From NCBI RefSeq assembly GCF_006345805.1, contig NC_042998.1:175646001-175710000 (forward strand): a stretch of 64,000 nucleotides of DNA, in the 5' to 3' direction. How positions within the stretch are numbered: position 1 is the stretch's first letter; the number at the start of each line of letters is the position of its first letter. The notes below the pieces were generated by a model. The model was not told the DNA's origin. It was given only the letters and a program-made list of their open reading frames with translations, and searched no databases. The DNA is from Octopus sinensis. Taxonomy: Eukaryota. The translations under genes were made by a program, and so were the position numbers. This document shows, piece by piece, positions 49,701-63,945 of this stretch.

Positions 49701-52344
49701 CTCTATCTTTTAATCAGATAGGAAGGCAGTGCTGAATGATTTGTCAGCAGGTGTCCAAGATTGGTGAGAGGAACAGAGGAAGATATCATCAAGCTGGAGT
49801 CCTGGTCTGAATGTCTATACCACACTGGACTCTATTATAGTCAACTAAAGTACCTGGTGGTGGGCAACTGATTAAGCCTACCATCCAATTGACTCAGTAG
49901 ATTACTGGTAAACATTTTATCATTCTAGGATGGCTGAAAGACAAAATCATATGTGGTAGGGTCTGAAGTCACTTTAAACTAAATAATTGATCCATATTTT
50001 GGCACAAGGGTAGTGATTTTTAAAGGGAAGTGTTAAATGGTTACATTGGCCCTCAGTTCTTGTCTAGTACTTTATATTATTGACCACGGAGGGATGAAAG
50101 GTAGAGTTGACTTTGAATTGAACTCATAACTTAAAGGGTAGGAATAAATGCTTCCAGGCATTTTTCTGACATTCTAATACTTCTGCAAGCTCAATGCCTG
50201 ATGTAAAATAATGTCAGGCATTTTGCCTGACAGTCAACCATTTCTGCCAGTCCAATTTACAGTCAAGTATATGTGCCAATGATGAAACTTCTATATCAGT
50301 ACCTCTCAAAGTAGGTGATATGAGCCCTGGGGGACTGGAAAATTTTATATGGGTACTAGGAATAAAGGGGGATGTAGGGGTGCACAGTAGATACACCTGT
50401 ACAATTTTTTTGTTTATATTAACTTTAAAAAAATTTCAAATGTAATACTATGATAAACTACCTGTTAGTTACAATCACATGTGTGACAGTAACACTAACA
50501 ACATCAAAATCATTAATAATTCAAAATGTGAATAAGTAAACCAAACTGAAAATATGCCTCATTTGCTTATAGTAGTGTGATACTGGCTGGTCAGAACTAA
50601 ATTACCCTGGTCTGATTTTATAGGTATGTACATTAAAAACAGACAGGGAGTGGGGCTTTGAATCATGGCAAGGGTTTAAGCCTTGAAAAACCTGAGTAAA
50701 ATAAAAAAGGTTGATAGTTAAAAAAGTCTGAGAAGCACTTATCTGTTAGGTCATTCAGACTGCTAGAAATTGCAGCAAGATTTTCCTCAAATCATACCCT
50801 ACCATTTTAAAGAAGGAAGAACACAGGATAATGTAGTCCTATATAAATTATGCTTGAGTAAAATATGGGATGGTCATAGTTGGAATACATTTAATCAGAT
50901 CTATGCTGATACGGAAGTAAATCCTTTCTGTCATAGGCACAAGGCCTGAAATTTGTGGGGAGGGGACTAGTAGATTACATTGACCTCAGTGATAAACTGG
51001 TACTTTATTTTATTGACCCTGAAAAGGTGAAAGGCAAAATGACCTTGGTAGAATTTGAACTCAGAATATGAAGCTGGAAGAAATGCCACAAAGAATTTTG
51101 TTCAGCATGCTCACAGCCTTTGACATGGAAGTAAACAACATCAAACTATTACCTTACATTACTTTGGTCTTAAACTGGACTCTGTCAGCAGATGCTAAAT
51201 GGTATTTGAAGTTTTTTTTTTTTTTTGTTTCATTTATGCTATGCAGGCTCATGGTCTAGTGGTTAGGATTCACTCATGATTTTAATTTCTGGACAGGCAA
51301 AGCATTGTATTGTTGAATAAAACACTTCATTTCACTCAGCTGTAAATGAATTCTAGCAATAGCCGGGAAGTTAACCATGCAATGAACTGATGTTTCATTC
51401 AAAAAGCAGTATTGTAATCTCAGTTGCTTATATGCCATGAAAACTGGTTTAAGCTCTAGCTTTCGGAGTGCTAGAGCTCATCACAGACCTAAGTCTATGT
51501 CTGTTGTAATCTAGGGGTGGGAAACTTGTAGATTTCAGAAGGGTTAAGTATGGCTTCCCGAAAGAGTATCTGTGCTTGAAAGAAAAGCATTATACTAAAC
51601 TCTATTTTCATTGATTTAATCTTATTTAAAGTTTATATTTTCAATTAAATATGAAGTTTTGAAACATTTACATTTTTTATTTGCACTTAGAATGCAAAAC
51701 TTTTCAAAAAAAAATTAAAAAAAGCAAAAGAGTTCTATGCTTTCACCTTTTTTACATTTTTTATCTTTTACTTGTTTCAGTCATTAGAGTGAGGCCATGC
51801 TGGGGCACCACCTTGAAGAATTTTAGTAGAATGAATCAACTCCTATACTTATTTTTTTCTCTAAGTTTGGTACTTATTCTATCAATCTCTTTCGCCAAAC
51901 TGCTAAGTTACAGGGTTGTAAACACACCAACACTGGTTGTCAAGTGGTGACAGGGGATGAACAGATACAAAAATACAGACACACTCATACATGATGGGCT
52001 TCTTTCAGTTTCTTTCCACCAAATCCACTCACAAGGCTGTGGTCAGACTGGAACTATAGTAAGAGACACTTGCTCACTCATGGTGCCAAGCAGTGGGACT
52101 GAACCCAGAACCATGTGGTTGGGAAGCAAACTTCTTACCACACAGCCATGCTTCCACCTATTTTGTTGAATGTTTTCTGATAAATGCATCTTAATAAGTG
52201 AGAAGAATTGCATATATCTGAACTATTTCAAAGAAAAGCATAAATTTAATGTTTAAATAGCTTTAACCAAGGAATGAGATCCAACATTTCTTCACTTTTT
52301 CCAGAATTTCTTCTCTTTATTATTTTTTTTGCGAAATACGGAGT

Positions 52345-52885
52345 TATGATTCATGTGTGAGTGTGTGTTCTTGATACTCGTTTAGAACAAGTAGTTTTAC
52401 ACCAATTACACTATTTTTTCTTAGTTTAAAGGCCGTGGACTGAAGATGTGAAATTTCCGAAGCCTCTCCCCCACCCCCCTTTCGCGAGCGCGCATTTTTT
52501 TCATGATAGTCGTTTAGAGCAAGTTGTTTTACACCTATTACGCTGTTTTTGTTTTTGTTTTTGTGCCCGGTTCAGACGCTTTCGGAAATTCCCGATATAA
52601 ATATTCCGAGGCCTCTCCCCCACCCCTCTTTCGCGAGAGCGCATTTTTTTTTGTCATATTCGTTTAGAGCAAGCTGTTTTACACATATTACACTATTTTT
52701 TTTTGTTTTGGTGCCCGGGTCAGCTCCTCAGACGCTTTCGGAACTTCCCGATGTGAATTTTCCGAGGCCTCTCCCCCACCCCCCTTTCGCGTGCGCGAAT
52801 TTTTTTTTTCATATTCGTTCATAGGAAGTTGTTTTACACCTATTACACACATTTTTTTTTTGATTTTCTGATATTTGTTACGCCC
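52345..52885. repeat. Imperfect ~150-bp tandem repeat, ~3.5 copies, CpG-rich
   Basis: CCGA(A/G)GCCTCTCCCCCACCCC..TTTCGCG recurs at 52457, 52606 and 52762. Confidence 0.8.
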
Positions 52886-54993
52886 TATATTAACCAATTT
52901 TTTTTTTATGAATAATTATATAAAATATAATTATAGTTTATAAGATCTATAAAATATAATTTATAAATAATTGTTATAAAATAATAGGTTTTGCAGTGTA
53001 AAAATTATCATGAAAAATGGCTTTGTCAGGGGGCAGTTAACTTTAATATGGTCTTTCATTACAAAATGGTTTCCCAGTATCTGCTCTAATCCATAGGATT
53101 AACTTCTTTTTTTGTTATTATGGTTACAATGTACTGCAGATTATCAATGACTAATTTAGGTTAGTACATATGAAGGCCATGCACAATAGGAAATAATAGA
53201 TGACGTAAATCTTTGTGGTCTTGGATCACTAAATATAACAAATGATGATGATGGTGACAATACGAAGATAGAAAAAAAAATTTGTAGGCCCTTCAAAATT
53301 TGAATGCACGTTTTAGATATGAAGAGTGATTCTCCATTTGATCAGAAATGCTGAGAGAGGAGAGTGATGCACATCATCATCATCACCATCATTTTTTTAA
53401 CATCCACTTTTCCATGCATGAATGGTCAGGTGGAATTTGATGAGGCAGAAGTTCTATGGCCGTATGTCCTTTTTGATGCCAACCCTCATGTGTCCCCTAG
53501 CAACATAATATTTCACTGTGCTTTTGACAGAAGATTGTTATCTGTACTTTATTTCATAAGGGTTGGTTAAAACCTCTTCCCCATTCCCCCAAAATATTCA
53601 ACCATGCCTGATTTTTTTCACAGATTATGGCTTAACAGTGTTCCTCTTGCTGCACCTCTTATGTGTCCATAGCTTGCACTGGGTACATCTTATGGAATTC
53701 CTACCAAATACTAACAACACACAACTATTACTACAAGCCTTCATGATACACACAAGCAACATATTAAATATACACATATAGTCATGTACTCATCATTATC
53801 ATCATCATTTAGCGTCTGCTTTCCATGCTAGCATGGGTTGGACGGTTCAACTGGGGTCTGGGAGGTCAGAAGGCTGCATCAGGCCCAGTCTGATTTGGCA
53901 ATGTTTCTACGGCTGGATGCCCTTCCTAACGCCAACCACTCTGTGAGTGTAGTGGGTGCTTTTTACGTGCCACCGGCACAGGTACAAAGAATACAAGCAG
54001 CGACATGCACACACATACATGCACACACACACACACACACAAATGCAAACACATTATTCACAACCCTTTAATCATAGAAATATGGTGAACATAAAACAAA
54101 AATAAACAAGCTTTATGAAATATTTTATTTTATTCATTCTGTAAGTGAAAATATTTGTTCTAAATTGATGAAATCTAAATGGTTAGGATGCTGAACTACC
54201 AGTTGATGAACCATGAAAATTGGTTGAGGTTTGTAACAAATTTAGTTCTTCAATGAACCTTGATGTTTTATCAAACTGAATCCAAGTTTCTTATTTCTTG
54301 CCCACAAGGAGCTAAACATAGAGGGGACAAACAAGGACAGACACAGGGATTAAGTCGATTACATCGACCCCAGTGCATAACTGGTACTTAATTTATCGAC
54401 CCCTGAAAGGATGAAAGGCAAAGTTGACCTCGGCGGAATTTGAACTCAGAACGTAACAGCAGACGAAATACCGCTAAGCATCTCGCCTGGTGTGCTAACG
54501 TTACTGCCAGCTCGCAGCCTTCTGAATCCAAGTCTCTATCGATTCAGGTGGGTAAAATGTCAAATCTCTCATTGAAATGATGCTGCTAAATGACATTCAA
54601 CCCAGACAACAGACTATTTATTACAAGTTGGTTGATTCAATTTAATATCATTCTTCCATCTTTACTTCTTTCTTCCCATCTTTCATACTTTGTCTTTATA
54701 ACTGCATGAATTGCTTTCTTAGTAAATGGATTCTTAAGTAACTTTGCAATAGGTAAAATTCAGATCTTGTCATTAACATGCATTGTTGTTTAGCACACAT
54801 GTAAGTCAACAAAATGTGCCTTGTTTTTAAACAACGGCCCCCAACCATTATTGTTGCTGCTGTCTTCTGTTTGTTCTGTGCGAATAGAGATTTGGTTGAC
54901 TTTGTTCGTCCATTCTATCTTCTTATTAGGACTCACTCTAGTGGAGAAAAAAGAAAAAAGTGAAAATAAAAATTTTTAATAGTAGCATACATA

Positions 54994-55512
54994 CCGTAAA
55001 TCCTCGAGTATAGTCCGCCCTTGAGTATAATACGCAGGGGATTTTTAGGGGGCTGTACCTCTGAAAAACCTAAACCTTGTGTATAATAAGCCTCCCTTCT
55101 CTAACTTGAGTAAAGGAGGTCTATATAACACCTTGGTTTGTAAACATGTATATGGTGACGTCCTTTATTATTATTATATATATAACATAATGCAAATGTG
55201 TAGCTTTTTGTGCATTTTGTTTGCAGAAAATAAAGAAATAACACTAATAACAGTAATAACGTTTAATAAATGTTGCTTACTGCAAGTTATGGGTGATTCT
55301 TTTATGACTTCATTGCTTTCAGGCTTAGCTTAAGGTATTTTCACGCCCGACATCAGAAAATGCGTCTGAATAAACATAGCCGGACAGCAAATAGAGACTC
55401 GGACATTGCTTAGAAAATATTTTTCATTTTTAATCTCGTATATAGTATGCACTAGGGATTTTGACCTTTAAATTTTGGGAAAAAAATGTGGATTATACTC
55501 GAGGATTTATGG
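54994..55512. mobile_element. 519-bp pogo/Tc2-like MITE
   Basis: TA|CCGTAAATCCTCGAGTATAGTCC ... GGATTATACTCGAGGATTTATGG|TA. Confidence 0.85.
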
Positions 55513-56906
55513 TATCACATTCATTTAAATAAAATGTGAATATTGATACATATGAATCATAAATGATGTTTGGTAGAAGTTAACAGGTTTAATATTTTTA
55601 TATATAGATTATTCCTAGCATTTTAAATGTTATTTTATTAATTATATTACTGTTTTGCTAAGAGGAAAGACATTAATCCTAAATCATGGAAAGGGGCTTC
55701 TTGAATCAGAAAAGTGGTAGGAATAGATAAGATGGATGTGATTGACAAGGAAAATACCTTTCCTCATTTTTATTCCCTTCCTTGCTGAAAAAAGGGCCTT
55801 GTGCCATTTTAAAAGAAATGAATGTAAAAGGTTAAGTGAGTTAATATATAATAAGTTACCTTAAGAAGGAACTTTCTAGGATCAAATCACTTTGTATGAA
55901 TGAGAACTGAGAATTCTGAATGTAGAAGTTTGAATCATATCTAAAATTTCTATTTTAGATTTGGTTTGTTTGCAAGAAAAGCATTTGTTTGTGTGTGCAT
56001 GTACCCTGGTGCCTTTTGTTGAATTTTGCACCCATAAATTTCATGACCTTTTCCTTGTAATGATGGCATTTGATTTACCAGAAATACTATTTTCACAATT
56101 TGAATCCAGGACATAAACATGGAAAGAAGGTAAGGTCAGGTAGTGTTAGGATATAATGGATTCCAACAGCTATAAACTTTAAAGGGCTGACAATATTTGG
56201 TTTGGAATTTACACCTAAATATTAACACTGGGCTGCCAATAAAACTTTAATAATACCATCTCATTTATAGTAGAACTAAGAGTTAAAATGGCTAATTATG
56301 TGTGTTAAACATTATGAATACTTTCATCAAGCTGAAAATTTTGAAATGTTTGATGAGTTAGGATTAACAGACTACCAATATCTTACATAGGTGAACTCAG
56401 TAATTATCTAATGTTTTAAGAAACTTGTAATTTCACATACCTTGTGTTTATTTCAATAGGATTCTGAATGCTGATCTCTTTAGGCATCTTTCTTTCTAAT
56501 AATAGTTTTATGCACACTCAAGAAATTAATCCAAACTGAAAATAAAAAGAATTTTGTTAAATAAAGAGATTAAACATTTTTGATCAAATTAAGTGTTTGT
56601 GTTGTCAACTGATTTAAACACAAATAAATGTCTTTCTTTCATCACCATAATCATTATTTTAACATTCATTTACTATACCATTATGGGTTGGCTATAACAG
56701 TCATTTACCGTTTTTCTTTTTTTTTTTCATACATTCTAAATCTATACAGCATTTCTTTTGTGTGGAATTCAAAGTTCCCAAACCTGCCCTAATCACCTGA
56801 TCATTTTGAACTTAGCTCACATTTTCATCGAGCATGCACCATTCTTTCAAATTAAACTCCTGCAAGCACTTGAAAATTATTTAAGTGCTTTAATGCACAT
56901 ACAAAC

Positions 56907-56938
<32 letters not shown>

Positions 56939-59719
56939 CATCATCAGCATCATCATCGTTTAACGTCCATTTTCCATGGTAGCATGGGTTGGACGGTTCA
57001 ACTGGGGTCTGGGAAGCCAGAAGGCTGCACCAGGCCCAGTCTGATCTGGCAGTGTTCCTACAGCTGGATGCCCTTCCTAACGCCAACCACTCCGTGAGTG
57101 TAGTGGGTGCTTTTTACGTGCCACCTGCACAGGTGCCAGACGAGGCTGGCAAACAGCCACGATCGGATGGTGCTTTTTACCTGCCACCGGCACGGGGGCC
57201 AGATGAGGCTGGCATGGTGTTTCAAGAACCTTTGTAGATCTGTATCCAAATGCACCATCAACACCCACTGCAGAGGATGAACATAGCCACAATAGCAAAA
57301 TGTGCATAGGAAACAAATAGTATAAACTGTATTTATCATGTTTTCTTATATTTATGTACACATACACACACACACACACACACATACACACACACACAGT
57401 AATATGTAAAGGTAATATCCAAGGATCAAGGTGTAGGAAGTTAGAAGGTATAAAAACCAACTTTCAGGAACAATAGTGATTTATTGCACAGTTTTCCCAT
57501 ATCAAAATTTGATAAACTGCAAAAAGTTATTTTATAGTTTACGGTTAGCAACTGAGGTTGCTGTTTATGGAAATAAAAATCCAGTTAGGGGATGGAGTAG
57601 ATAAAATTCAGGCTAGAAAATGATCAAGTGATTAGAACAGGTTTGGGAACTTTAAATTTCACATAAAAGAAATACTGCATAGGATTAAAATGTAGAAAAA
57701 ACAAACAAACCATATATGACTGATATATACAACCCATATATCCAACTCAATACCCGGGCTATATATGGAACCTGGATTTCATCTACTCCATTCCCTAGTT
57801 TGGGATTTGCAGCTGATGCCAGTGCTGCTGGACTGGTTCCTGTGCTAGTGGCATGTAAAAAACACCATTCGAGTATGGTCTGTGTTGCATTATCAATATG
57901 TTGAAACACATACACACACAAATACCACCCCCCATATATATATATACAGATGACGGGCTTCTTTTAGTTTCCGTAAACCAAATCCACTCACAAGGTTTTG
58001 ATTGCTCTGAGGCTATAGTGGAAGACACTTGTCCAAGGTGCCACATAGTGGTACTGTACACAGAACCACATAGTTGGGAAGCAAGTTTCTCACCACACAG
58101 CCACTCCTGCACCTATTATGCTAAAGTTTTATGTTAAAGTTTTCATTATTTTGGAATGAAGAATACAAACATAGGTACTAAGCCAGTGACTAAATTTGCA
58201 GTATTTTGTTGGGGTTAATCAAAAACATTTTTGTAACATTGTTTTAAAGAATTTTTTTCTAAATATGCAGAAAAATACGGACATATTCGAACAAAAATTT
58301 AAAAGCATTTCTGTAGTTACGGTTAGGATTAGTGTTGGGGGGAAAAAAGTCAAAATTGAAGAATTTGGTGGGGGGAGAAGGGAGGGGGGAATTTAACAAT
58401 GCCGACTTTTGGCAATTTTTCGGAAACTCCGTATCCGAAAACGGGGTTTTTGGCAAAATTTTTTTGAAAAAATAAACAAATTTGGGAGAAAATGGGGGCG
58501 GGGGACAGAAGTCTTTCTGGAATCTACCATCAAAAACATAGGAACCCGGTAAAAAAAAAATCGGAAAGGTCAGTTTAGGTGTGGGGGAGGGGTGACTGTG
58601 CGCCAGGTCCGCCTGAAAAACATCAATAAGTCAGGGACAAACAAACAAGGAGTGTATCAGGTGGTCATTTTCTTTTTTCTTGCATAATCGTATGAATTTC
58701 TGTGTATAGAATAATAATTCGCAAAAATTTTCTGAAAATTCCAAAATCTTAAAAAAAGTTAAGGAGTTATATATGGGTGCTTAAAGCAGAATTCCAAAAT
58801 TTGGAGTGTGCTGTTTGTTGTGCTATACTGGGAAAAAGAAAAAAAAACGGGTTTATCTTGGCTGAAGTACCGCTGAATATAATCTGCAGAATCAATAGTC
58901 ACGAAGTTTACAACAGCAACTAAAGTCTGAATACACGCACGTAAACACACACAGGACGAAGCAGCGATTTCATCGTTCGACCAGTTGAACCAAAATCTCA
59001 CTAAAAATATAGAAAAAAAAAAAAAGAGCCAAACTTGCTTGCTTCTGTCTTGAAAAAAAGAAGGGACACATTGGATAACATAATCCTAGATGTGCAATGC
59101 CCGAAAAGAGATTGTAAAGTTTTGTACAATTTGGGACGTAAACATTAGCAGATACTAGGGTAGGAAAATGAGTTTTACTTACGACAGATATTACGAATAT
59201 CTTCAACACTGAAAATAACTGGCAGTGGTCCTTGTTTATAAAGAGTACCCTATCACGTGAGCATCAGCTTGCTGAATGCTGTATACCACATGGTTTCCTA
59301 ATCCCAGTCTCTGAACTTGCGGTTCACGTTACCTTTGCGCGTGGATTTTATTTACATAACATTAGATGCACGCGTGTTAAGAGGATACTACATTGTACGT
59401 GGGAGTGGAGCAAAGTAACTGACGATAATGTTTGTCTCTTATCTTGATCAGTATGACATATGAAACGGTTGTTGTACGTATGCGCACACATTCACATACG
59501 TACACACGATATATCCATATACATACAGACGCACACACTCATGCGTGAGTGCTCATATATATATACACACGTCCTTGCGCGAACGCACCCCCCTACACAC
59601 ATTAAGTAAGCATTTTGACATAATTTAAGATATCATTCCTTCAACATGAGTTCCACTATATTATTCGCAGCCATGATTAAGAATATTCTTGAGATCGGTT
59701 GTATTCCATTCTTCCCTAT

Positions 59720-59996
59720 ACATACACACATACATACATACACACACACATACATACATACATACATACATACATACATACATACATACATACATACATA
59801 CATACATACATACATACATACATACATACATACATACATACATACATAATACACACATACATACACACATATACATGCATACATACATACATAATATGTA
59901 CATACATACATACATACATACATGCATACATGCATGCACACACATACATACATACATACATCCATCCATCCATCCATACATACATACATACATACA

Positions 59997-60027
<31 letters not shown>

Positions 60028-60660
60028 TCAGATTACAAGTTCAGGTTTATACTTGTAATTAATTATTGGGACCTTGGGATATGTAACACACTGCCTAAAT
60101 ACCAATCTTGAGAAATTAGGCTTCTCAAGACCAGAAAGGAGAAAGCTAATGCAAAGACTACAGATCGAATCCATCACTGGAACTATAAGAATCTGTAAAA
60201 CTTTCCAGAAATTTATCATTTAAATATATATGAGCATGTCTAGATATGCAACTATATGCATAAGAATACATACATAAAACATACAAATCTACACATACAT
60301 ACATACATACATACATACATACATACATACATACATACATACATGCATACATACATGCATACATACATACATACATACATACATGCATACATGCATGCAT
60401 ACATACATACATACATACATACATACGTACATACATACATACATACATACATACATACATACATACATACATACAAAAATACCATGTTGTTGATGTTGAA
60501 ATTCCAATGAAGGAGCCTTGGATCTAGGTTAGAAACTGGTTCTTTCTCTATAGGCAAGAAATCTTGAAATAAACTGAATAATGACTTACATACACACATG
60601 CATACATCCACCCACCCACCCATACATACATACATACATACATACATACATACATACATG
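59720..60660. repeat. Three (CATA)n microsatellite blocks separated by repeat fragments
   Basis: Direct reading; source of the YVCM and YIHT pseudo-ORFs. Confidence 0.95.
60028..60290 (+). mobile_element. 3' fragment of an R4/Dong-like (restriction-like endonuclease) LINE
   Basis: After correcting a small indel: ..IIGTLGYVTHCLNTNLEKLGFSRPERRKLMQRLQIESITGTIRICKTFQKFII*, matching the viiGaLG C-terminus of RLE-type non-LTR elements. Confidence 0.55.
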
Positions 60661-60664
60661 ATGT

Positions 60665-60955
60665 CAGTGTGCACACACGGCAGAAATGCTGAACATAAGA
60701 AGCATCAGATGTGGTGTGCAAGAGAGACGTTTGCACTGGTATGGTCATGTACTGCGGATGGATGAGGAGAGATGTGTGAAGAAGTGCCACTCCCAAACAG
60801 TTGAAGGTATCCGGGGGAGAGGTAGACCCAGGAAGACATGGGATGAGGTAGTCGAGCATGACCTTCGAACATTGGGCCTCACAGAGGCAATGACGAAAGA
60901 TCGAGATCTCAGGAGATATGCTGTGACTGCGAAGACCCGACAAATAATGTGAGTT
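60665..60955 (+). mobile_element. RTE LINE 3' fragment (same family as 23608-23870)
   Basis: [43 protein letters not shown]. Confidence 0.85.
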
Positions 60956-61769
60956 CATGGCTGCTTCCTGCACCAGTTTCGCATAGCCCCAGCCCATCCA
61001 AAGTACCTTGGATTGCAGAACGACCTGCTGTGCTTACCTTGGATCGTAGGGTGACCACCCTTACATACATATTGAGTCAAGTTCATCAACATCAAAATAA
61101 ATATCAAATGGAAATTGTAGCTGTGATACCTGTGCTGGCGGCACGTAAAAAGCACTATCCGAACGTGGCCGATGCCAGCGCCGCCTTGACCGGTTTCTGT
61201 GTCGGTGGCAGGTGACCTGCTGTGTTTGAGGAGACCTATTGAGTCAAGTACATCAACACCAAAATAAATATTTAAGATACTTTGTAGCATATTATGGTTG
61301 CATAACGAAATCCCTATTTCTTTATTACCCACAAGGGGCTAAACATAGAGGGGACAAACAAGGACAGACATAGGCATTAAGTCGATTACATCGACCCCAG
61401 TGCGTAACTGGTACTTAATTTATCGACCCCGAAAGGATGAAAGGCAAAGTCGACCTCGGCGGAATTTGAACTCAGAACGTAACGGCAGACGAAATACCGC
61501 GAAGCATTTCGCCCGGCGTGCTAACGTTTCTGCCATCTCGCCGCCTGAACGAAATACCGCGTGCCTACAAGTCATTAATATATTTGTTTATTATTTTATT
61601 CTTTTATTTGTTTCAGTCATTTGACTGCGGATATGCTGGAACACCACCTTTAGTCGAACTAATCGATCCCAGGACTTAGTCTCTTTTTCCGAACCGCTAA
61701 GTTACGGAACGGAAACACATCAACATCGGTTGTCAGGCGGTGGTGGGGGAACAAACACAGACACAGACA

Positions 61770-61821
<52 letters not shown>

Positions 61822-62039
61822 TACGACGGGCTTTCCGTGTACCAAATCCACTCACAAGGCTTTGGTCGTCCCGAGGCTATAGCAGAAGACACTTGCCCAA
61901 GGTGTCATGCAATGGGATTGAACCAGGAACCATGTGGTTTGTAAGAAATTTTCTCACCCCACAGCCACTCCTGCATCTATATAAGCCACCGCTGCGCCTA
62001 TATGGCCACTCCTGCACTTATATAATATAATATAATATA

Positions 62040-62450
62040 ATATATATATATGTATCATCATTATCATCAATATCTCTTAACTGATGCAACTGGTTGGTGG
62101 TATGTCACTCTCGACACTTTCATGGTCAGCCATCGTCTCTGATCTTTGGTCTCTCTTCTCCATCATGCATTCCAGGCTTGCTGTGTTGTTACCAACGTTG
62201 TCAAACCAGGACTTTCTATGTCCACCTGTCTTTCACCATCTCTTAACTGTGCTCTGAAGAATGGTTTGGACAGGGAATTGTGCCAGAATACATGATCGTA
62301 CCAGAGATGCTTGCGTCTTTTTACCTGCTCAAGGAGTGGTTCCTGTCTGCCAGCTGCCTGACAAAGCTGTTTGTTTTACATTCTGAGTAGCAGTCTTCTG
62401 AAACACTCGCACTCAAATGCCTGGATTCTTCATGCCATGTCAGTTGTAAG
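62040..62450 (-). mobile_element. Degenerate RTE LINE 3' fragment
   Basis: Minus strand reads LLEQVKRRKHLWYDHVFWHNSLSK.., a decayed form of KRRKLRWYGHV. Confidence 0.55.
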
Positions 62451-62829
62451 AGTGTGTAGTGTGAGTTGTCACTAATTTAAAGTATGAAAGTGTTCCTGAA
62501 AAAGTCCATTAAATGTGCTTTTTTTTTTGTGAAGCATGTTTAAATGAATATCAGAGGACAGTTTTTAAACAAAACATTATAATTTTATTAAAATAGAAAT
62601 GGGAGCTGACAAGTAGCAAGATGTGTGGTAGACTGTATGTGTATGTGAGTCAGGTAAAGCATTATAACTTACTTTATGGCAGGTTTGGTAGCCTTCAACT
62701 AACACTATCTCCTACGAGACCCTGTGGCACAAGTTGACCAAAATTGAGAGTATGATAGAAGAAGGCTTGCTCTTCATTCTGTAGAAGATAAAATTCAAAT
62801 CGGACCATGTTAACACCAAAAATTATTTA

Positions 62830-63035
62830 CATCAAAAAGGTGCCTTTTTTCTATGAAAATCCCTATTTTTTTACGAATTTTTGACTGCTGTGTCGCCATT
62901 TTTCGGTGTATTTCAACCAGAAAAATGTTCACTTAAAGAGAATAACAAGGTACATATTGCACAATTTTTACTTTTCAAAAATTCCAATTCTAAAAGGTAG
63001 AAACAAACCCGAGCAACGCCGGGCGATACTGCTAT
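62830..63035 (+). mobile_element. Non-autonomous Helitron 3' fragment
   Basis: CCCGAGCAACGCCGGGCGATACTGCTAT|T hairpin end (CTAG decayed). Confidence 0.65.
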
Positions 63036-63264
63036 TAAAATAATAAAAGCGCCCTTTTAAAGCCTAGCCAGGCTCATGGGCCCGGTTTCCCGGTTTCAAT
63101 GGCGTATGTGTTCCCCAGGTGGACGGGACGCCAGTCCATCACATCGTTACTCATTTGTGCCAGCTGAATGGACTGGAGCAACGTGAAATGAAGTGTTTTG
63201 CTCAAGAATACAACGCGTCGCCCGGTCCAGGAATCGAAACCACAATCTTACGATCATGATGCTG

Positions 63265-63657
63265 ACACACTATATAGGAAGCACTCCGTCGGTTACGACG
63301 ACGAGGGTTCCGGTTGATCCGATCAACGGAACAGCCTGCTCGTGAAATTAACGTGTAAGTGGTTGAGCACTCCACAGACACGTGTACCCTTAACGTAGTT
63401 CTCGGGGATATTCAGCGTGACACAGAGAGTGATAAGGCCGGCCCTTTGAAATACAGGTACAACAGAAACAGAAAGAAAGAGTGAGAGAAAGTTGTGGTGA
63501 AAGAGTACAGCAGGGATCACCACCACCCCCTGCTGGAGCCTCGTGGAGCTTTAGGTGTTTTCGCTCAATAAACACTCACAACGCCCTGTCTGGGAATCGA
63601 AACCGCGATCCTACGACCGCGAGTCCGCTGCCCTAACCACTGGGCCATTGCGCCTCC
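63265..63657 (-). mobile_element. tRNA-derived SINE with well-preserved A/B boxes
   Basis: GGAGGCGCAATGGCCCAGTGGTTAGGGCAGCGGACTCGCGGTCGTAGGATCGCGGTTTCGATTCCCAG head followed by ~320 nt of non-tRNA body. Confidence 0.8.
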
Positions 63658-63822
63658 TGCTGATACACTAACCACTAAGCCACGCGCCTCCACAGTTTTA
63701 TTATAAGTAACACATTATTGTGACAAGTAGGATTTTCCTCATCCGGTATCCTAAACTGAGCTCAGTCACCGATCCATAATACGGCTACGTTAGGGCAATT
63801 TTCTGACACATTTAAAAATATA

Positions 63823-63945
63823 CTAGCAATATCGCCCGGCGTTGCTCGGGTTTGTTTCGACCCTTTAGAATTGGAATTTATAGTGTTAGTTGAAGGCTGC
63901 CAAACCTACCATATACAGACAACTTCAGCTTTATATATAGAAAGA
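63823..63945 (-). mobile_element. Complete 123-bp mini-Helitron
   Basis: A|TCTTTCTATATATAAAG ... CCCGAGCAACGCCGGGCGATATTGCTAG|T. Confidence 0.85.

Noticed and set aside
54625-54945. Minus-strand protein-like frame (..HVNDKI*ILPIAKLLKNPFTKKAIHAVIKTKYERW..) considered as UGA/selenocysteine readthrough
   Set aside because: A TAA also interrupts the same frame, I found no SECIS or recognisable homology, and no consistent splice model.
56110-56135. Possible 20-nt + strand micro-exon (cag|GACATAAACATGGAAAGAAG|gtaagg)
   Set aside because: No partner exons were found; indistinguishable from a chance splice-site pair.
63585-63657. tRNA gene
   Set aside because: A and B boxes are present but the acceptor stem does not close and the sequence runs into a SINE body.
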